Below are positions 18,801-28,591 of a stretch of 64,000 nucleotides of DNA, in pieces; position 1 is the stretch's first letter; each line of letters begins with the position of its first letter. The stretch lies in the IMG/VR virus record IMGVR_UViG_3300044656_000252, positions 12,232 to 76,231 of that record; one strand, written 5' to 3'. Origin of the DNA: a virus (Duplodnaviria; Caudoviricetes). Below the pieces are notes generated by a model. That model worked only from the letters and a program-made list of their open reading frames with translations, made no database searches and was not told where the DNA came from. The translations under genes were made by a program, and so were the position numbers.

Positions 18801-19283
18801 ATCGGCAAGAACATCGTCGAGGGCATCTGGCACGGCATCGAGGGCATGGGCCAGTGGCTCTATGACCACGTGTGGGGCTGGATCAAGAGCGTGATCCCGG
18901 GCCCAATCAAGGACGCCCTGGGGATCTCGTCGCCGTCGCGGGTGATGGCCGAAGAGGTGGGCCAACACATCCCGACCGGCCTCGTGGTGGGTATGCAGCA
19001 GACGCAGGGTCAGGCCGTCGCCGCGTCGCGGACCATGGCGGCTGGTGTGCTCGCCGCGGCGCGGGGCGTGATGGTGTCCGGCGGCGCGCCGCTCGTGTCC
19101 GCTCAGGGCCTGGCCGGCGCGACTTCGTCGACCACGGCCGGGCAGGGCGGCATCACGATCGAGAACGTCAACGTGACCGGGATCGTCGACCTCACCGACC
19201 CGAACGCGATGACCGCCAACGCCCGAAAGATGGTCTTCGAGCTCCGCAACGCCCTGCGAGTCGTGGAGGGCCAGTACTCATGA
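15861..19283 (+). CDS. Tape measure protein
   Basis: 1140 aa; N-terminal PKVDADIAAA repeats, coiled coil, amphipathic repeats, ALGISSPSRVM motif. Confidence 0.95.
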   Translation: MAGDGFKIAEAYVEVKLKDSTEDDLAKIEAKVRGEAPAEMKVDADVAPAEAKADEVRTRIDGKRATATIDANIAAATAQIDQVKARLDDLKARKTDPKIDVEIAAAELKAQQITSKLEELNEERPSPKVDADIAAANINLERVQLKIQELDAKRASPKVDADIAAAEAKLDQLNARVDTLKAKRVAIQGDGSGLDDVKTKAEQASSSVDKAGFSASSLSGPLAGIGGFAAMGLGAIPALAAVAAAAIAAIGPAAAGAGAALAGIGFAFHGVSEALKGYSADQKAAASASNSAASTQLSNAIAIRNAQQAIADAQKQQARVYEDAALSIAQAEQRVTDAQRQDQIATQNLTDARKAAEQQIESLNQQVSDMAVNEEGASLAVEQAQQRLKQVLANPLSTDLEKRQAEYDVKNAQQQLDDLKQRDEQVRQQAADANAKGVEGDKQVVDAKNSLISANEGVQNAQEALTKAQVDASRQEADAAEAVAKAQQQLADTEAQQAAQAAQSAGAASQFAAAMAKLTPAGRDFVNQLLSMKPLVDGLKATSENSFLPGMTTMLKDSVGLFPIFNAGIASMGHVFSDAAVQAGNLFKTPLFQGQLQALFANAVPLFQGLLGGLGQVFTGLVQLGSVAGPVTSGLGAGLNAIGGGLNQMMAALAPAMAPLGSMLQSLGQAIGSLGAPLGQLVTLIAQAFAPVFAALVPVISDLANMIVALLKPVLAALGPVLTVVAQQLDSVLKALAPAMPAFGQLVGAILQLIPPITDFVAKLLVGLLPILPPIINVVTQLAHVVGQALSTAFSAVWTAISPLLPILVQLITTVANAVSGVFPALMPILDAWGQLMQGVFQAAAPLFPALMQIVQAAIPPLLDILQALMPILRLVAQLISDLVPVIQPLIQIIVDILVPVIKALLPVVKDVFGSIADIVKDVMQVIKGVIEVVTGIISGNWGQVWQGIKDVFGGIWNAIVDIVKGAVRAVWDAISGIFDIGKNIVEGIWHGIEGMGQWLYDHVWGWIKSVIPGPIKDALGISSPSRVMAEEVGQHIPTGLVVGMQQTQGQAVAASRTMAAGVLAAARGVMVSGGAPLVSAQGLAGATSSTTAGQGGITIENVNVTGIVDLTDPNAMTANARKMVFELRNALRVVEGQYS

Positions 19284-20515
19284 CCACGAACTTCGGGACC
19301 ACGCAGATCGGCCGATTGTCGTTGCGGGAGGCCATCACGACGGCCACGGACGCGGTCGACTCGACCAACGCCACCGGCCGCACCCTCGCGTTGACCGGGC
19401 AGGAGGTGAACGCCTCCACCGCGCCGTCGGCTGGCCTGTCGGTGGCGGCGCTGGCGCAGGTCGAGGACGACCTGACCGGTATGGCCGGCAGTTCGATCCA
19501 GCCGGTGACGTTCACGAACAAGCAGGACCGGAACGGCTACTACCGGCTCACCGCGGCGCAGGCCGCGTTGATGAACTGGACGGGCGAGCTCATCACGTGC
19601 GACTGGTCGGCGAACCTCATCCGGGTCGGCACGGACACCGAGGTCGACCTGGAGTCCAGGTTGACCGGTGCGACCGCCCGCAACAACAGCTTCAGCGCGA
19701 CGGGGGAGCGGTGGCACTGCCCGCCGATAGGGCACTACGCGTACTGGGCCGGACCGTCCCAGCCGTCCACAGTGACCCGAACCGGCAGCGACGGGGCAAT
19801 GACCGTCTACCGGCGACTCCAGACCGGCTACAACCCGCGGTGGGGCTGCCCGGTCGGCTCCTACCTCAACGGCCGGGTGCGGTTCATTGACCAGAACTCG
19901 CTGGAGCGGGCTGGCATCAACTACAGCGTGGCGGCGACCGGGTGGACGCTGCACAACTCCCTCGTCCGTGTTACCCCGTTGACGAGCAACGGTGTGCTCC
20001 AGGTGTCGGCGTACACCGGGGGCGGCTGGCAGACGAAGAACTGGGACATCCAGTCCGCCGCCAGTTCGCTCGGCGCGCCGACGTCGTGCACCGTGCTGCG
20101 CAACGAGGTCGAGATCGCCGTGGTGCGTCTGCTGTGGACGCAGGCACCTGGGCGGATCACCGTCGACCTCACGCTGCGCCGCGGCAGCAGGTTCGTCGAG
20201 GTGTACGTGCAGGGCGAGTTCTCGGCGACGCTGACGATCCAGTGCGTCACTGCAGAGGCCGGCACCGCCGGCACCGGCTACGTGTCCGCCACCGCGAACG
20301 ACGCTGCGGGCAACCGGTACATCATCGGCTCGGCGAAGACGTTCACCGCGTTGACCACGCAGGGCGGGATCCAGCTCGCCAGCACCGTCACCCTCGACGC
20401 GTTCATCGGCGTCGTCGCCGGCGGATCCGGCGCGGTGGCCGGCGACGTGGCGGGCGACCTCTATGCCCAGTACCTCGGCGCGCCCAGCGAGCTCGTGCAG
20501 GCGGTGCGCAGATGA
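19280..20515 (+). CDS. Distal tail / minor tail protein
   Basis: Directly after tape measure; beta-rich. Confidence 0.75.
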   Translation: MTTNFGTTQIGRLSLREAITTATDAVDSTNATGRTLALTGQEVNASTAPSAGLSVAALAQVEDDLTGMAGSSIQPVTFTNKQDRNGYYRLTAAQAALMNWTGELITCDWSANLIRVGTDTEVDLESRLTGATARNNSFSATGERWHCPPIGHYAYWAGPSQPSTVTRTGSDGAMTVYRRLQTGYNPRWGCPVGSYLNGRVRFIDQNSLERAGINYSVAATGWTLHNSLVRVTPLTSNGVLQVSAYTGGGWQTKNWDIQSAASSLGAPTSCTVLRNEVEIAVVRLLWTQAPGRITVDLTLRRGSRFVEVYVQGEFSATLTIQCVTAEAGTAGTGYVSATANDAAGNRYIIGSAKTFTALTTQGGIQLASTVTLDAFIGVVAGGSGAVAGDVAGDLYAQYLGAPSELVQAVRR

Positions 20516-23340
20516 GCATCACCGAGACCAAGGGCGCGCTGGGCAGTTGGTCGCTGAAGCTGCGGCCGGACACACCGCGCGCCGTCATCGACGCCATCCA
20601 GTACTTCGGGCACATCGTCGTCAGCACCGGACGCCCCGATCCGCGCGTTGCCGGCGACACCCTGCTCCGCTCGGGCAGGTACACGGGCGTGCTGAGGGGC
20701 AAGACGTTCGCGAGCGACGACAGCGGATACAACCTGTCCGGCAGCGGCATGGCGTACTGGTTGGGCGACGAGAACAACAACGGGCCCGTCATCACCACCG
20801 CGCTCACGTTCACCAACGCCTCGTTCACCTCCGCCGTGAACGCGATGCTGCCGGCGTCCGGTGCGGTCACCGCCGGCACGATCCACTCGGTCACCGGGGC
20901 CTACACCGGCCTGCACCAGTGGCAGACCTCCCGCAAGGCGTTGGACTACCTGTGCTCGACCATGACCAGCGACTACACCAACCCGGTTGAGTACAGGGTG
21001 AACGGCGACGCCACTTTGGACGCCGGGCTCGTCAGCGATCTGTACGTCACCAACCCGGTCGCCGCGGTGGTGCGGCGTGACATCGGCGCCGACATGGGCG
21101 TCCGGGCGCTGCCGGGGAAGGGCGTCACCACGGAGGACGTGCAGTCGTTCATCACCGAGGTGATCCTGCTCGCGCAGGGCCAGGGCACGGCGATCGCGAC
21201 CGGCGCGGCCACGATCTCCCCGGCGCTCAACCCGTACCTGGACCTGCACGGCAACCCGGTCAGCATCATCAGCGCGGTGTCGCAGTCCTCGACGGACCCG
21301 AACAACGCCAACGCCCAGGCCGCCGTCACGTTGAACACGTACAGCACGCCGCGGCAGCAGATCAAGCTGACCAGCGACCAGTTCGACATCCGCGGCGACG
21401 TCGCGCTCGGGGACTGGGTGTGGGTGCACGACCCGGACGCCGGCCTGGTCGACACCTCGGCGACGCCGAACGAGATCGTGTTCCGCGGGCAGCGGATCAA
21501 CCCGACCAAGCTGCGCGTGATGGAGATGACCTACCCGATCACCGCCGGCATGTCCGTGGCCTACCGGGACTACAACGGCAACTGGTACGACCTGACGGAC
21601 TACGTCATCTGGGAGTCCGGCTCGACGACCCTCACCGTCGGCGGGTTCGATCGGTCGTTGACGAACCCGAACGGGGAGAGCATCGGCACGCGGCCGATGC
21701 CGAACACCAGCATCCCCAACGCGCCCGCGTTCGTTCTGCCCTTCACGCAGTCCGTCTACCAGTCCACCAACAGCGGCATCACCAAGGCCCAGGTGCAGGT
21801 CGCGTGGACGAGGCCAACCAACACGGACGGTTCGGCGATCATCGACGGCGACCACTATGAGATCCAGTACCGCACCGGCGCGACACCGATCTTCCCAGCC
21901 ACGCACGCCCAGATGGCCAGTTACACCCACGCCCAGTTGCACGCCGGTACGAACGCCGAGCCGATCACCTACACGCCGGGCCCGTGGCAGACCGCATACG
22001 TGGGATTCGACGCCACCTCCTACCTGATCCAGGAGCTCACTCCTGGTGTGCCGTACGACATCCAGATCCGGGCGGTGGACAACGGAAACCCACCGAACAG
22101 CTCGGTGTGGTCGGCGACGACGACGATCCAGACGGTGGGGGACACGATCGCCCCGTCCGTACCGGCGCCCCCTTCCGTTGCCGCGTCGCGGATCGCGATC
22201 CAGGTGACCCACACGCTCGGCAAGTCGAGCGGTGGCACGTACAACCTGGAAGCCGACCTGCACCATCTCGAGGTGCACGCGCAGTACGAGCCCACGTTCA
22301 CCCCGGACAACACGACGCTGCTGGGCAAACTGATCGCCAACAACGGCATGATCATTGCTCAGATCCCCGCCGTTGGTACGTTCAATGTCGAGTCCACGGG
22401 TGCGCTCTACTTCAAGGTGCTCGCCGTGGACGAGGCGGGCAACAAGTCCAATCCGAGCACGGCAGTGCAGGCGACCGCGCTGCTCATCGACAACGCGCAC
22501 ATCTCCGACCTGACAGTGACTAAGGTGACCGCGGGCACGATCACCGCGGACTGGTTCATCGGCGCCCGCATCAAGACAGCGGATAGTGGTGCCCGGGTCG
22601 AGCTCAACTCCAGCGGATTGCAGGCCTACAACGGCAACGGCACACAGACGGTAGCGATCAACTCGGCCGACGGGTCCGCCACCCTCACCGGAACCGTGCA
22701 GTCCGGTGTCGGAACGGGAAGCCGCGTCATCCTGAACCCGGCTGGCCCGACCGGCGGCGGCGACGGCTGGCCCACCATCGACTTCTACCCGTCGAACAGC
22801 TCCAACGTCGCGTTCATCAACGCACCCGACGGCGGCAACGCCGGCACCACCATGGGCATGAACTCTGGCACGTTCACCAACGTCACGTCCGGAAACACAA
22901 ACCGGACACGCCTGATCGCGACCGACTCGATCACCATGCAGCTGATCAAGACGACCGACCAGAGCAACGACGGGGGCTTCTTCCAGGCGTGGTCGAACAT
23001 CACACGGAACGGGGTCAGCAACGCCTCAGTAGACGCCTGGTACGAGATCGACAACTCGGCGAACCACTTCCAGAAGGGCGTGTGGGCAGAGGCGCAAAAC
23101 ATCGGCGGTCTGTCAGCCACCTACTGCGAGGAAACCAGCGTGGGAGCAGGGTTCGGCAGCCTCATCCTGTCCTATGGGGCAACGTTCGCCGGCCGGATCA
23201 ACCCCGTCGCGAGCGTGATCGACAGTGGCAGCCCTAACACGTACGCGGCAATCAGCGCCTCGTCGGCGACAGGCGTCACAGTCGCATACCCCAACGCCCA
23301 CGCGGTGATCGTCAACACCTGGTGCTTCCGACTCTCCTAG
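20512..23340 (+). CDS. Tail tip hub / central fibre with FN3-like domains
   Basis: 942 aa; ELTPGVPYDIQIRAVD and FKVLAVDEAGNKS FN3 motifs; IDNAHISDLTVTKVTAGTI resembles lambda J C-terminal region. Confidence 0.8.
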   Translation: MSITETKGALGSWSLKLRPDTPRAVIDAIQYFGHIVVSTGRPDPRVAGDTLLRSGRYTGVLRGKTFASDDSGYNLSGSGMAYWLGDENNNGPVITTALTFTNASFTSAVNAMLPASGAVTAGTIHSVTGAYTGLHQWQTSRKALDYLCSTMTSDYTNPVEYRVNGDATLDAGLVSDLYVTNPVAAVVRRDIGADMGVRALPGKGVTTEDVQSFITEVILLAQGQGTAIATGAATISPALNPYLDLHGNPVSIISAVSQSSTDPNNANAQAAVTLNTYSTPRQQIKLTSDQFDIRGDVALGDWVWVHDPDAGLVDTSATPNEIVFRGQRINPTKLRVMEMTYPITAGMSVAYRDYNGNWYDLTDYVIWESGSTTLTVGGFDRSLTNPNGESIGTRPMPNTSIPNAPAFVLPFTQSVYQSTNSGITKAQVQVAWTRPTNTDGSAIIDGDHYEIQYRTGATPIFPATHAQMASYTHAQLHAGTNAEPITYTPGPWQTAYVGFDATSYLIQELTPGVPYDIQIRAVDNGNPPNSSVWSATTTIQTVGDTIAPSVPAPPSVAASRIAIQVTHTLGKSSGGTYNLEADLHHLEVHAQYEPTFTPDNTTLLGKLIANNGMIIAQIPAVGTFNVESTGALYFKVLAVDEAGNKSNPSTAVQATALLIDNAHISDLTVTKVTAGTITADWFIGARIKTADSGARVELNSSGLQAYNGNGTQTVAINSADGSATLTGTVQSGVGTGSRVILNPAGPTGGGDGWPTIDFYPSNSSNVAFINAPDGGNAGTTMGMNSGTFTNVTSGNTNRTRLIATDSITMQLIKTTDQSNDGGFFQAWSNITRNGVSNASVDAWYEIDNSANHFQKGVWAEAQNIGGLSATYCEETSVGAGFGSLILSYGATFAGRINPVASVIDSGSPNTYAAISASSATGVTVAYPNAHAVIVNTWCFRLS

Positions 23341-23354
23341 AAAGGCGGTGAACG

Positions 23355-23900
23355 ATGAAGATCGTGTTCGATAGCGTCGAACTGGTCCGGGATCGCTGGC
23401 GCGTGGCGAAAACCCTCACAGCTGACGACGGCTCATCGGAACGGCAGCTGCACGTGTTCCCAACAGACACAATGGAGTGGAGGGCCGCCGAGTACGGCAT
23501 CGACCCGTCGGACACCGCCTCCCTCTTGGATGTGGTTCTCACCGAGCCCCACCTCACGTCGGAGGACTGGGCAAACGGCAGCGCACTGCACACCGCCCCC
23601 GACATCGCCACCGCCCGCCGCGACCATCTCGCCCGCTGCGCGGCGGTGAAGCTGCGGCACCGCATGTCCACGAGGGCGAAGGGGACGCCACTGGACCGGG
23701 TGCGCGCGGAGTCGGTAATGGACCTGGAGGTGGTGGCGGTGAAGACCGCTCATGTGTCCCAGGTGCGTGAGCAGCAACTCGCGCACCGACGCCGTTTGTC
23801 GCTCGCTCCGGTGCCGCGGGCCGAGGTTCTTCGGCGACAACTGCTCGGCCCTGAGCCGATCATTTCCGCCGCGTACCCCGACGCCTCCGAGGAGTCCTGA
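23355..23900 (+). CDS. Hypothetical tail-region protein
   Basis: Position; AGAAAGG RBS. Confidence 0.6.
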   Translation: MKIVFDSVELVRDRWRVAKTLTADDGSSERQLHVFPTDTMEWRAAEYGIDPSDTASLLDVVLTEPHLTSEDWANGSALHTAPDIATARRDHLARCAAVKLRHRMSTRAKGTPLDRVRAESVMDLEVVAVKTAHVSQVREQQLAHRRRLSLAPVPRAEVLRRQLLGPEPIISAAYPDASEES

Positions 23901-24880
23901 TGTCGACGACCACGACCCGCGCAGCGCTGGTCAAGCCGGCGACGAGCGAGTTTTACGACGTCACGATCTTCAACGCGAACGCCGACAAGATCGACAACCT
24001 GGTGGGGTTCACGCCGGCCACCAGCACCACCAGGCCGTCCACACCCATCGCCGGACAGGGGGTGCTGGAGTCAGACACTGGCGCTGCGGTGGTGTCCAAC
24101 GGATCAAGCCCGGCGTCAGCGTCCTGGAGCTACCTGCACGGCACCGGTGGCCCTGCAACGCTCGGTGCGACCGGGGCACAGGCAGCGCTGCGGATCCAGA
24201 CCACCGCCACGATCTCTGGTAATCGGGTCGTCGACTTCCGCAAGTCCGGCGACACCAACGCCAGCTTCATCCAGGACTTCGACGGACGGATGCAGTGGGG
24301 CCCCGGCGGGTCAACCAATGTGGACGTCAACTTGTACCGTGCCAGCGCCGGCGTCCTGAAAACGGACAACACGATCAACGCCGTCACGGATGTCCAGGTC
24401 AACGGGAGCAGTCTGTCGCGGGGAGTCGTTGGCGGCCGGCAGATCACCGGCACCAACAACCTCGGCCCCACGATCACCACGACCGAGACCGAACCGACCA
24501 ACATGGACAGTGGATCGGTCGCGCTGAGCTCGAACCGCCGATACCGGATCACGGTCCGGTTCAAAGCGCTCGGCTCTGTCGCCAACGACATCTACTCCCT
24601 GAAGATCAGGGTCGGCGCGACGGCGGGCACAGGCGGAAACCAACTTCGGGAGAACGTGTTCACCATCCTGGCCAACGGGATCGGGTACACGGACGAGTTC
24701 TCCACAGACTACGAGACCGGCAGCAGTCCCGGATCGCTGGTGTTCACGATGACCGCGGTTCGCGTGTCTGGCAGCGGCAACATCCAGTTCCAGGGTGGTG
24801 CGGCCGGGCTCGCCAACCCTGTTGGCGTGGTCGTCAAGGACGAAGGCCCTGCCAACGTGCTCACTACCACCGCCAGCTGA
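23900..24880 (+). CDS. Minor tail / fibre protein
   Basis: NANADKID and TSTTRPSTPIAGQ motifs; beta-rich. Confidence 0.7.
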   Translation: MSTTTTRAALVKPATSEFYDVTIFNANADKIDNLVGFTPATSTTRPSTPIAGQGVLESDTGAAVVSNGSSPASASWSYLHGTGGPATLGATGAQAALRIQTTATISGNRVVDFRKSGDTNASFIQDFDGRMQWGPGGSTNVDVNLYRASAGVLKTDNTINAVTDVQVNGSSLSRGVVGGRQITGTNNLGPTITTTETEPTNMDSGSVALSSNRRYRITVRFKALGSVANDIYSLKIRVGATAGTGGNQLRENVFTILANGIGYTDEFSTDYETGSSPGSLVFTMTAVRVSGSGNIQFQGGAAGLANPVGVVVKDEGPANVLTTTAS

Positions 24881-24893
24881 CAAGGAGACGAAC

Positions 24894-25865
24894 ATGCTCG
24901 GTCTGGACTACTCGGGAGGGCGACCGTCCGGCGCGGCCATCTACGCCGCCAGCTATCGGTTCGTCGTGCGGTACCTGGAGAACGGCCTCGGTGGCGGCCG
25001 ATACAACCTAACTGCAGCCGAGTTCGCCGACCTACGCGCCAACGGCGTCGCGGTCGCGCTCGTCTGGGAGTCACAGGCCAACCGCGCAGCAGCTGGCCAT
25101 GACGCCGGCGTCGCCGATGCGCGAGCGGCGCTCGCCGCGGCCGATGCTGTCGGCGCGTCAGGCTGGCCGATCTACTTCGCGGTGGACTTCGACATCCCCG
25201 ACTATGCGCCGGCCGCCATGTCGGCGCTCGCCAAGCTCGGCCCCGTCGGGGACTACCTCGCGGGCGCCGCCAGCGTGCTCGGGCACAGTCGCACCGGCGT
25301 GTACGGCGGCTACTACGCGGTTTCCCGGGCGCTGGACGCCGGGCTGGCCAGTCTCGCCTGGCAGACAGAGGCCTGGTCCGGCGGCCAGGTCGACCCGCGC
25401 ATCCACCTCCTTCAACGCCTCGGCACCGTCGTGGTCGACGGCGTCGAGTGCGACACCAACGAGGCCCGGCAGGCCAGCTTCGGGCAGCAACCCCCGGGAG
25501 CGGTTCGCTCCCCGAACAGTGAGGACGACGACATGTGGAAGTTTCTGGTCGACGAGGGAACCGTGCAGACGGACGGTTCCTACACCCGGTGCGCCGAACT
25601 CCTGCCCACCGCCGAGCTCATCGGCACCAGCTGGGCCGACATCAGCGCCAAGCTGGCCGAGGCCAAGGCCGGCGGTGCGCCGGCAAGCGTGCGCGGCGTC
25701 GACACCGCCGTGTTCGACGACTACGAGAAGAACTCCGATGCACACAAGGCCGCCACCGCCGCCCTCGCCAAGCTGACGAGCGGCGGCGGCGGAGTGACGG
25801 CCGCGCCGACGTCGCTCGCTTTCGATCTCGCCGTGACCGGCACGGCCACCCCTAAGACCTCGTGA
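24894..25865 (+). CDS. Endolysin, DUF1906 (Rv2525c-like) glycoside hydrolase
   Basis: GLDYS, VALVWE, IYFAVDFD, TGVYGG, WQTEAWSGG motifs. Confidence 0.88.
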   Translation: MLGLDYSGGRPSGAAIYAASYRFVVRYLENGLGGGRYNLTAAEFADLRANGVAVALVWESQANRAAAGHDAGVADARAALAAADAVGASGWPIYFAVDFDIPDYAPAAMSALAKLGPVGDYLAGAASVLGHSRTGVYGGYYAVSRALDAGLASLAWQTEAWSGGQVDPRIHLLQRLGTVVVDGVECDTNEARQASFGQQPPGAVRSPNSEDDDMWKFLVDEGTVQTDGSYTRCAELLPTAELIGTSWADISAKLAEAKAGGAPASVRGVDTAVFDDYEKNSDAHKAATAALAKLTSGGGGVTAAPTSLAFDLAVTGTATPKTS

Positions 25866-25891
25866 TCACGACCACGGAAGGGAAACCCGCC

Positions 25892-26230
25892 ATGTCCAAG
25901 TACGCCAAGGCGATCGCCGCGATCGTGATGGCCGTCCTCACCGCACTCCAGACCGTCGCCACCGCGCCGTTCACCATGCAGACCGGTGCCACCATCGCCG
26001 TCGCGGCGCTGACCGCAGTCGGCGTGTACCTGGTGCCGGTGCTACCTGGCATCTACGAGTGGCCGAAGACCATCGTCGCCGTGCTCCTGGCCGGTGCGCA
26101 GGCCGCCGTGCAGGTCGCCGGCAGCAGCGCGATCACCACGCAGGGCTGGATCACCATCGTCATCGCCGCGCTCGGCGTGGTGGCGGTGCAGGTGGTGCCG
26201 AACAAGGTTACGGCACGCCCGACGCCTTGA
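25892..26230 (+). CDS. Holin-like 4-TM protein
   Basis: Follows endolysin; internally duplicated 2-TM unit. Confidence 0.75.
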   Translation: MSKYAKAIAAIVMAVLTALQTVATAPFTMQTGATIAVAALTAVGVYLVPVLPGIYEWPKTIVAVLLAGAQAAVQVAGSSAITTQGWITIVIAALGVVAVQVVPNKVTARPTP

Positions 26231-26238
26231 CCCGGACC

Positions 26239-26268
26239 GCTGCCAGCCGCCCCGACACGGCTGGCGGC
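26239..26268 (+). terminator. Hairpin after holin
   Basis: GCTGCCAGCCG...CGGCTGGCGGC. Confidence 0.45.
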
Positions 26269-26348
26269 ATCTCCACCACGGAAGGCGGAAGGCGCACCGT
26301 GATCACCAATCGGCGCGCAACAGCACGCCACGCAACAAGGGGGTGCTG

Positions 26349-26618
26349 GTGAGTGAATGGGCGAGCCTGCTCACAGGTATCGGCGGGATCCTTGCTGCCC
26401 TCGGCGGGATCGCGACCGCCCTCATCACGTGGCTCCGAACGTCCCCGCAGGAACGGGAAGACGCCGCGCGACGCGCGATCGACCAGGTCCTCGACGACGA
26501 CGTCCTCAACGCGGCCGCCGACGGGAAGATCACGCCCGAGGAGGCGGCCGACTTGATCCGCAGACGCAAGGCCGCAAAGCGTCTCACCGAGAAGCGGAAA
26601 GAGGTGGAGGAGGCATGA
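26349..26618 (+). CDS. Small single-TM lysis-region protein
   Basis: N-terminal TM helix; DGKITPEE EF-hand-like segment. Confidence 0.65.
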   Translation: MSEWASLLTGIGGILAALGGIATALITWLRTSPQEREDAARRAIDQVLDDDVLNAAADGKITPEEAADLIRRRKAAKRLTEKRKEVEEA

Positions 26619-27427
26619 CGGATGACATCAAGGCGACGGTCGTAGCCCCGGCAGCCCGCGGTGCGCTCCACCGCCGCGGGCATCGGGTGATCTGGGCCGG
26701 CGTGATCATCACCGTGCTAGGGCTCGTCCTGGTGGGCTTCGTCCTGGCCGGGTTCGATTCCAAGGTGGACGAGCTGACCACCCAGGTGCAGCAGGCCCAG
26801 TCGTCGGCGCAGGAGAACCACGTGGTGGCGCAGCAGCTGCACGACCAGGTGCAGCGGCTCGGCGGTACACCGGCGGCTGTGCCGCCAGGCCCAAGTGGGG
26901 CGCAGGGGCTCCCGGGCCGCGGTATCACAGGCACCGCCATCATCGGCGGCCACATGTTCGTCACCTACACGGACAACAAGACCGAGGACAAGGGACAGGT
27001 CGTCGGGAAGGACGGCGCACCGGGAGCGAACGGCCGGGGCATCACTGGCTCCGTTCTGTCCGGTGGCCACCTGTTCTTTTCGTACACCGACAACACGACC
27101 CAGGACATCGGGCAGGTGGTCGGGCCGCCCGGCGCGAAGGGCGACCCAGGCCGAAGCGTGCGGTCGATGGACGGGTCAACCGGTCACCTGATCGTCACCT
27201 ACGACGACAACACCACGCAGGACGTCGGCCCTCTCCCGACGGGCCCTCCCGGACCGAAGGGCGACAAGGGCGACCCCGGGCCGACGTGTCCCTCGGGCTA
27301 CGAGCAGCACGAGGCGGTCATCACCGCGAACGACGGCACCAAGTACGACGGGATCGCCTGCGTGAACCCGAGCACGGCGACCACCACCACGACACCACCG
27401 CCGTTGCTCGGCGGCGGAAAGCGCTAG
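26615..27427 (+). CDS. Membrane-anchored collagen-like protein
   Basis: TM, coiled coil, GxY runs alternating with three GH..vtYtDn.t.D.G repeats. Confidence 0.75.
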   Translation: MTDDIKATVVAPAARGALHRRGHRVIWAGVIITVLGLVLVGFVLAGFDSKVDELTTQVQQAQSSAQENHVVAQQLHDQVQRLGGTPAAVPPGPSGAQGLPGRGITGTAIIGGHMFVTYTDNKTEDKGQVVGKDGAPGANGRGITGSVLSGGHLFFSYTDNTTQDIGQVVGPPGAKGDPGRSVRSMDGSTGHLIVTYDDNTTQDVGPLPTGPPGPKGDKGDPGPTCPSGYEQHEAVITANDGTKYDGIACVNPSTATTTTTPPPLLGGGKR

Positions 27428-27436
27428 GAGCGAACG

Positions 27437-28402
27437 ATGACGGCGATGGAACCGCAGCGGGCCGGGCGACTCGGCCGGCTCCCGAACGACCCGAGCAAGC
27501 CGCGGCTCAAGCTCGCGCCGCACCTGAACACGGCGGTGCCCCCGAACCCCGCGGTGGTGGACTGGCTCTCGCGGGTCGGGTCGTGGCCGATGTACGGCAA
27601 CGACCAGTACGGCGACTGCGTGTGGGCGATGATCGGACACCTGATCGAGGCGTTCTCCACGTACGGCGGCGGCAGCACCGTCACCGTGCCGGAGCAGGCG
27701 CTGCTCGACGGCTACACGGCGGTCACCGGATTCGACCCGTCCGACCCGAGCACCGACAACGGCACCGTCATCCAGGACGCGCTGGCCTACTGGCTGAAGG
27801 TGGGCATCGCCGGGCACAAGATCCTGGCCTACGCCGAGGTCGACATCCACAACCAGTCCGAGGTGGACGCGGCGATCAACGTGTTCGGCGCCCTGTGCCT
27901 CGGGGTGAACCTGCCGAACTCCGCGATGGACCAGTTCAACGCCGGCCAGCCCTGGACGGTGGTCGCCCCGGACGGCGGTATCGACGGCGGCCACGCGGTG
28001 CCGGTCGGCTACTACAGCACGCCGGGCGAGACCGTGCGCGTGGTGACGTGGGCGCGGACGCAGGACGTGGCCGACGCGTGGTGGTCGCAGTACGTCGAGG
28101 AGGCGTGGATCGTCGTCGCGCCGGAGTGGCTGGACGCAACCGGTCACAACCCGGAGGGGATCGACCTACACGGGTTGGGTGAGGACTTCGCCGCGCTGAC
28201 CGGGAGGCCCAACCCGTTTCCCGTCCAGCCCACCCCCGGTCCTACTCCCGTCCCTGCTCCGCCGGTTGCGGACGCTGCTGACCAGGCTCTGGTCGCTGCT
28301 CTCCGGCCGTGGCTGAGCGAGCACCACGTCGGAGACAACCGGCACGCGGTGCACGCCGTGGAGACGTGGATGGCGGCGAAGGGACTGTCGCTGGCCTCGT
28401 GA
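27437..28402 (+). CDS. Papain-like (C1-type) cysteine peptidase
   Basis: NDQYGDCVWA (Cys), GGHAV (His), VVTWA. Confidence 0.78.
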   Translation: MTAMEPQRAGRLGRLPNDPSKPRLKLAPHLNTAVPPNPAVVDWLSRVGSWPMYGNDQYGDCVWAMIGHLIEAFSTYGGGSTVTVPEQALLDGYTAVTGFDPSDPSTDNGTVIQDALAYWLKVGIAGHKILAYAEVDIHNQSEVDAAINVFGALCLGVNLPNSAMDQFNAGQPWTVVAPDGGIDGGHAVPVGYYSTPGETVRVVTWARTQDVADAWWSQYVEEAWIVVAPEWLDATGHNPEGIDLHGLGEDFAALTGRPNPFPVQPTPGPTPVPAPPVADAADQALVAALRPWLSEHHVGDNRHAVHAVETWMAAKGLSLAS

Positions 28403-28591
28403 GCTGCCGACGGCTGGCTGTGGCGGGCAGTCTGGCTGCTGGCGACCGGCCCCGCGCGCTCGCCTGTGGGCATGGTGAACGCGCGGGGTCCTCCAACTGG
28501 ACAGAAAATGGACAGTCGAGCTGAACTGCTTGTTGTAACACCAAACCGTCGGCAGCGATGAGAACGGGTTGAGCACCGAAGGAGCCCCGCC

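Noticed and set aside
20512-24880. Diversity-generating retroelement or invertible tail fibre system
   Set aside because: No reverse transcriptase, invertase, template/variable repeat pair or flanking inverted repeats seen
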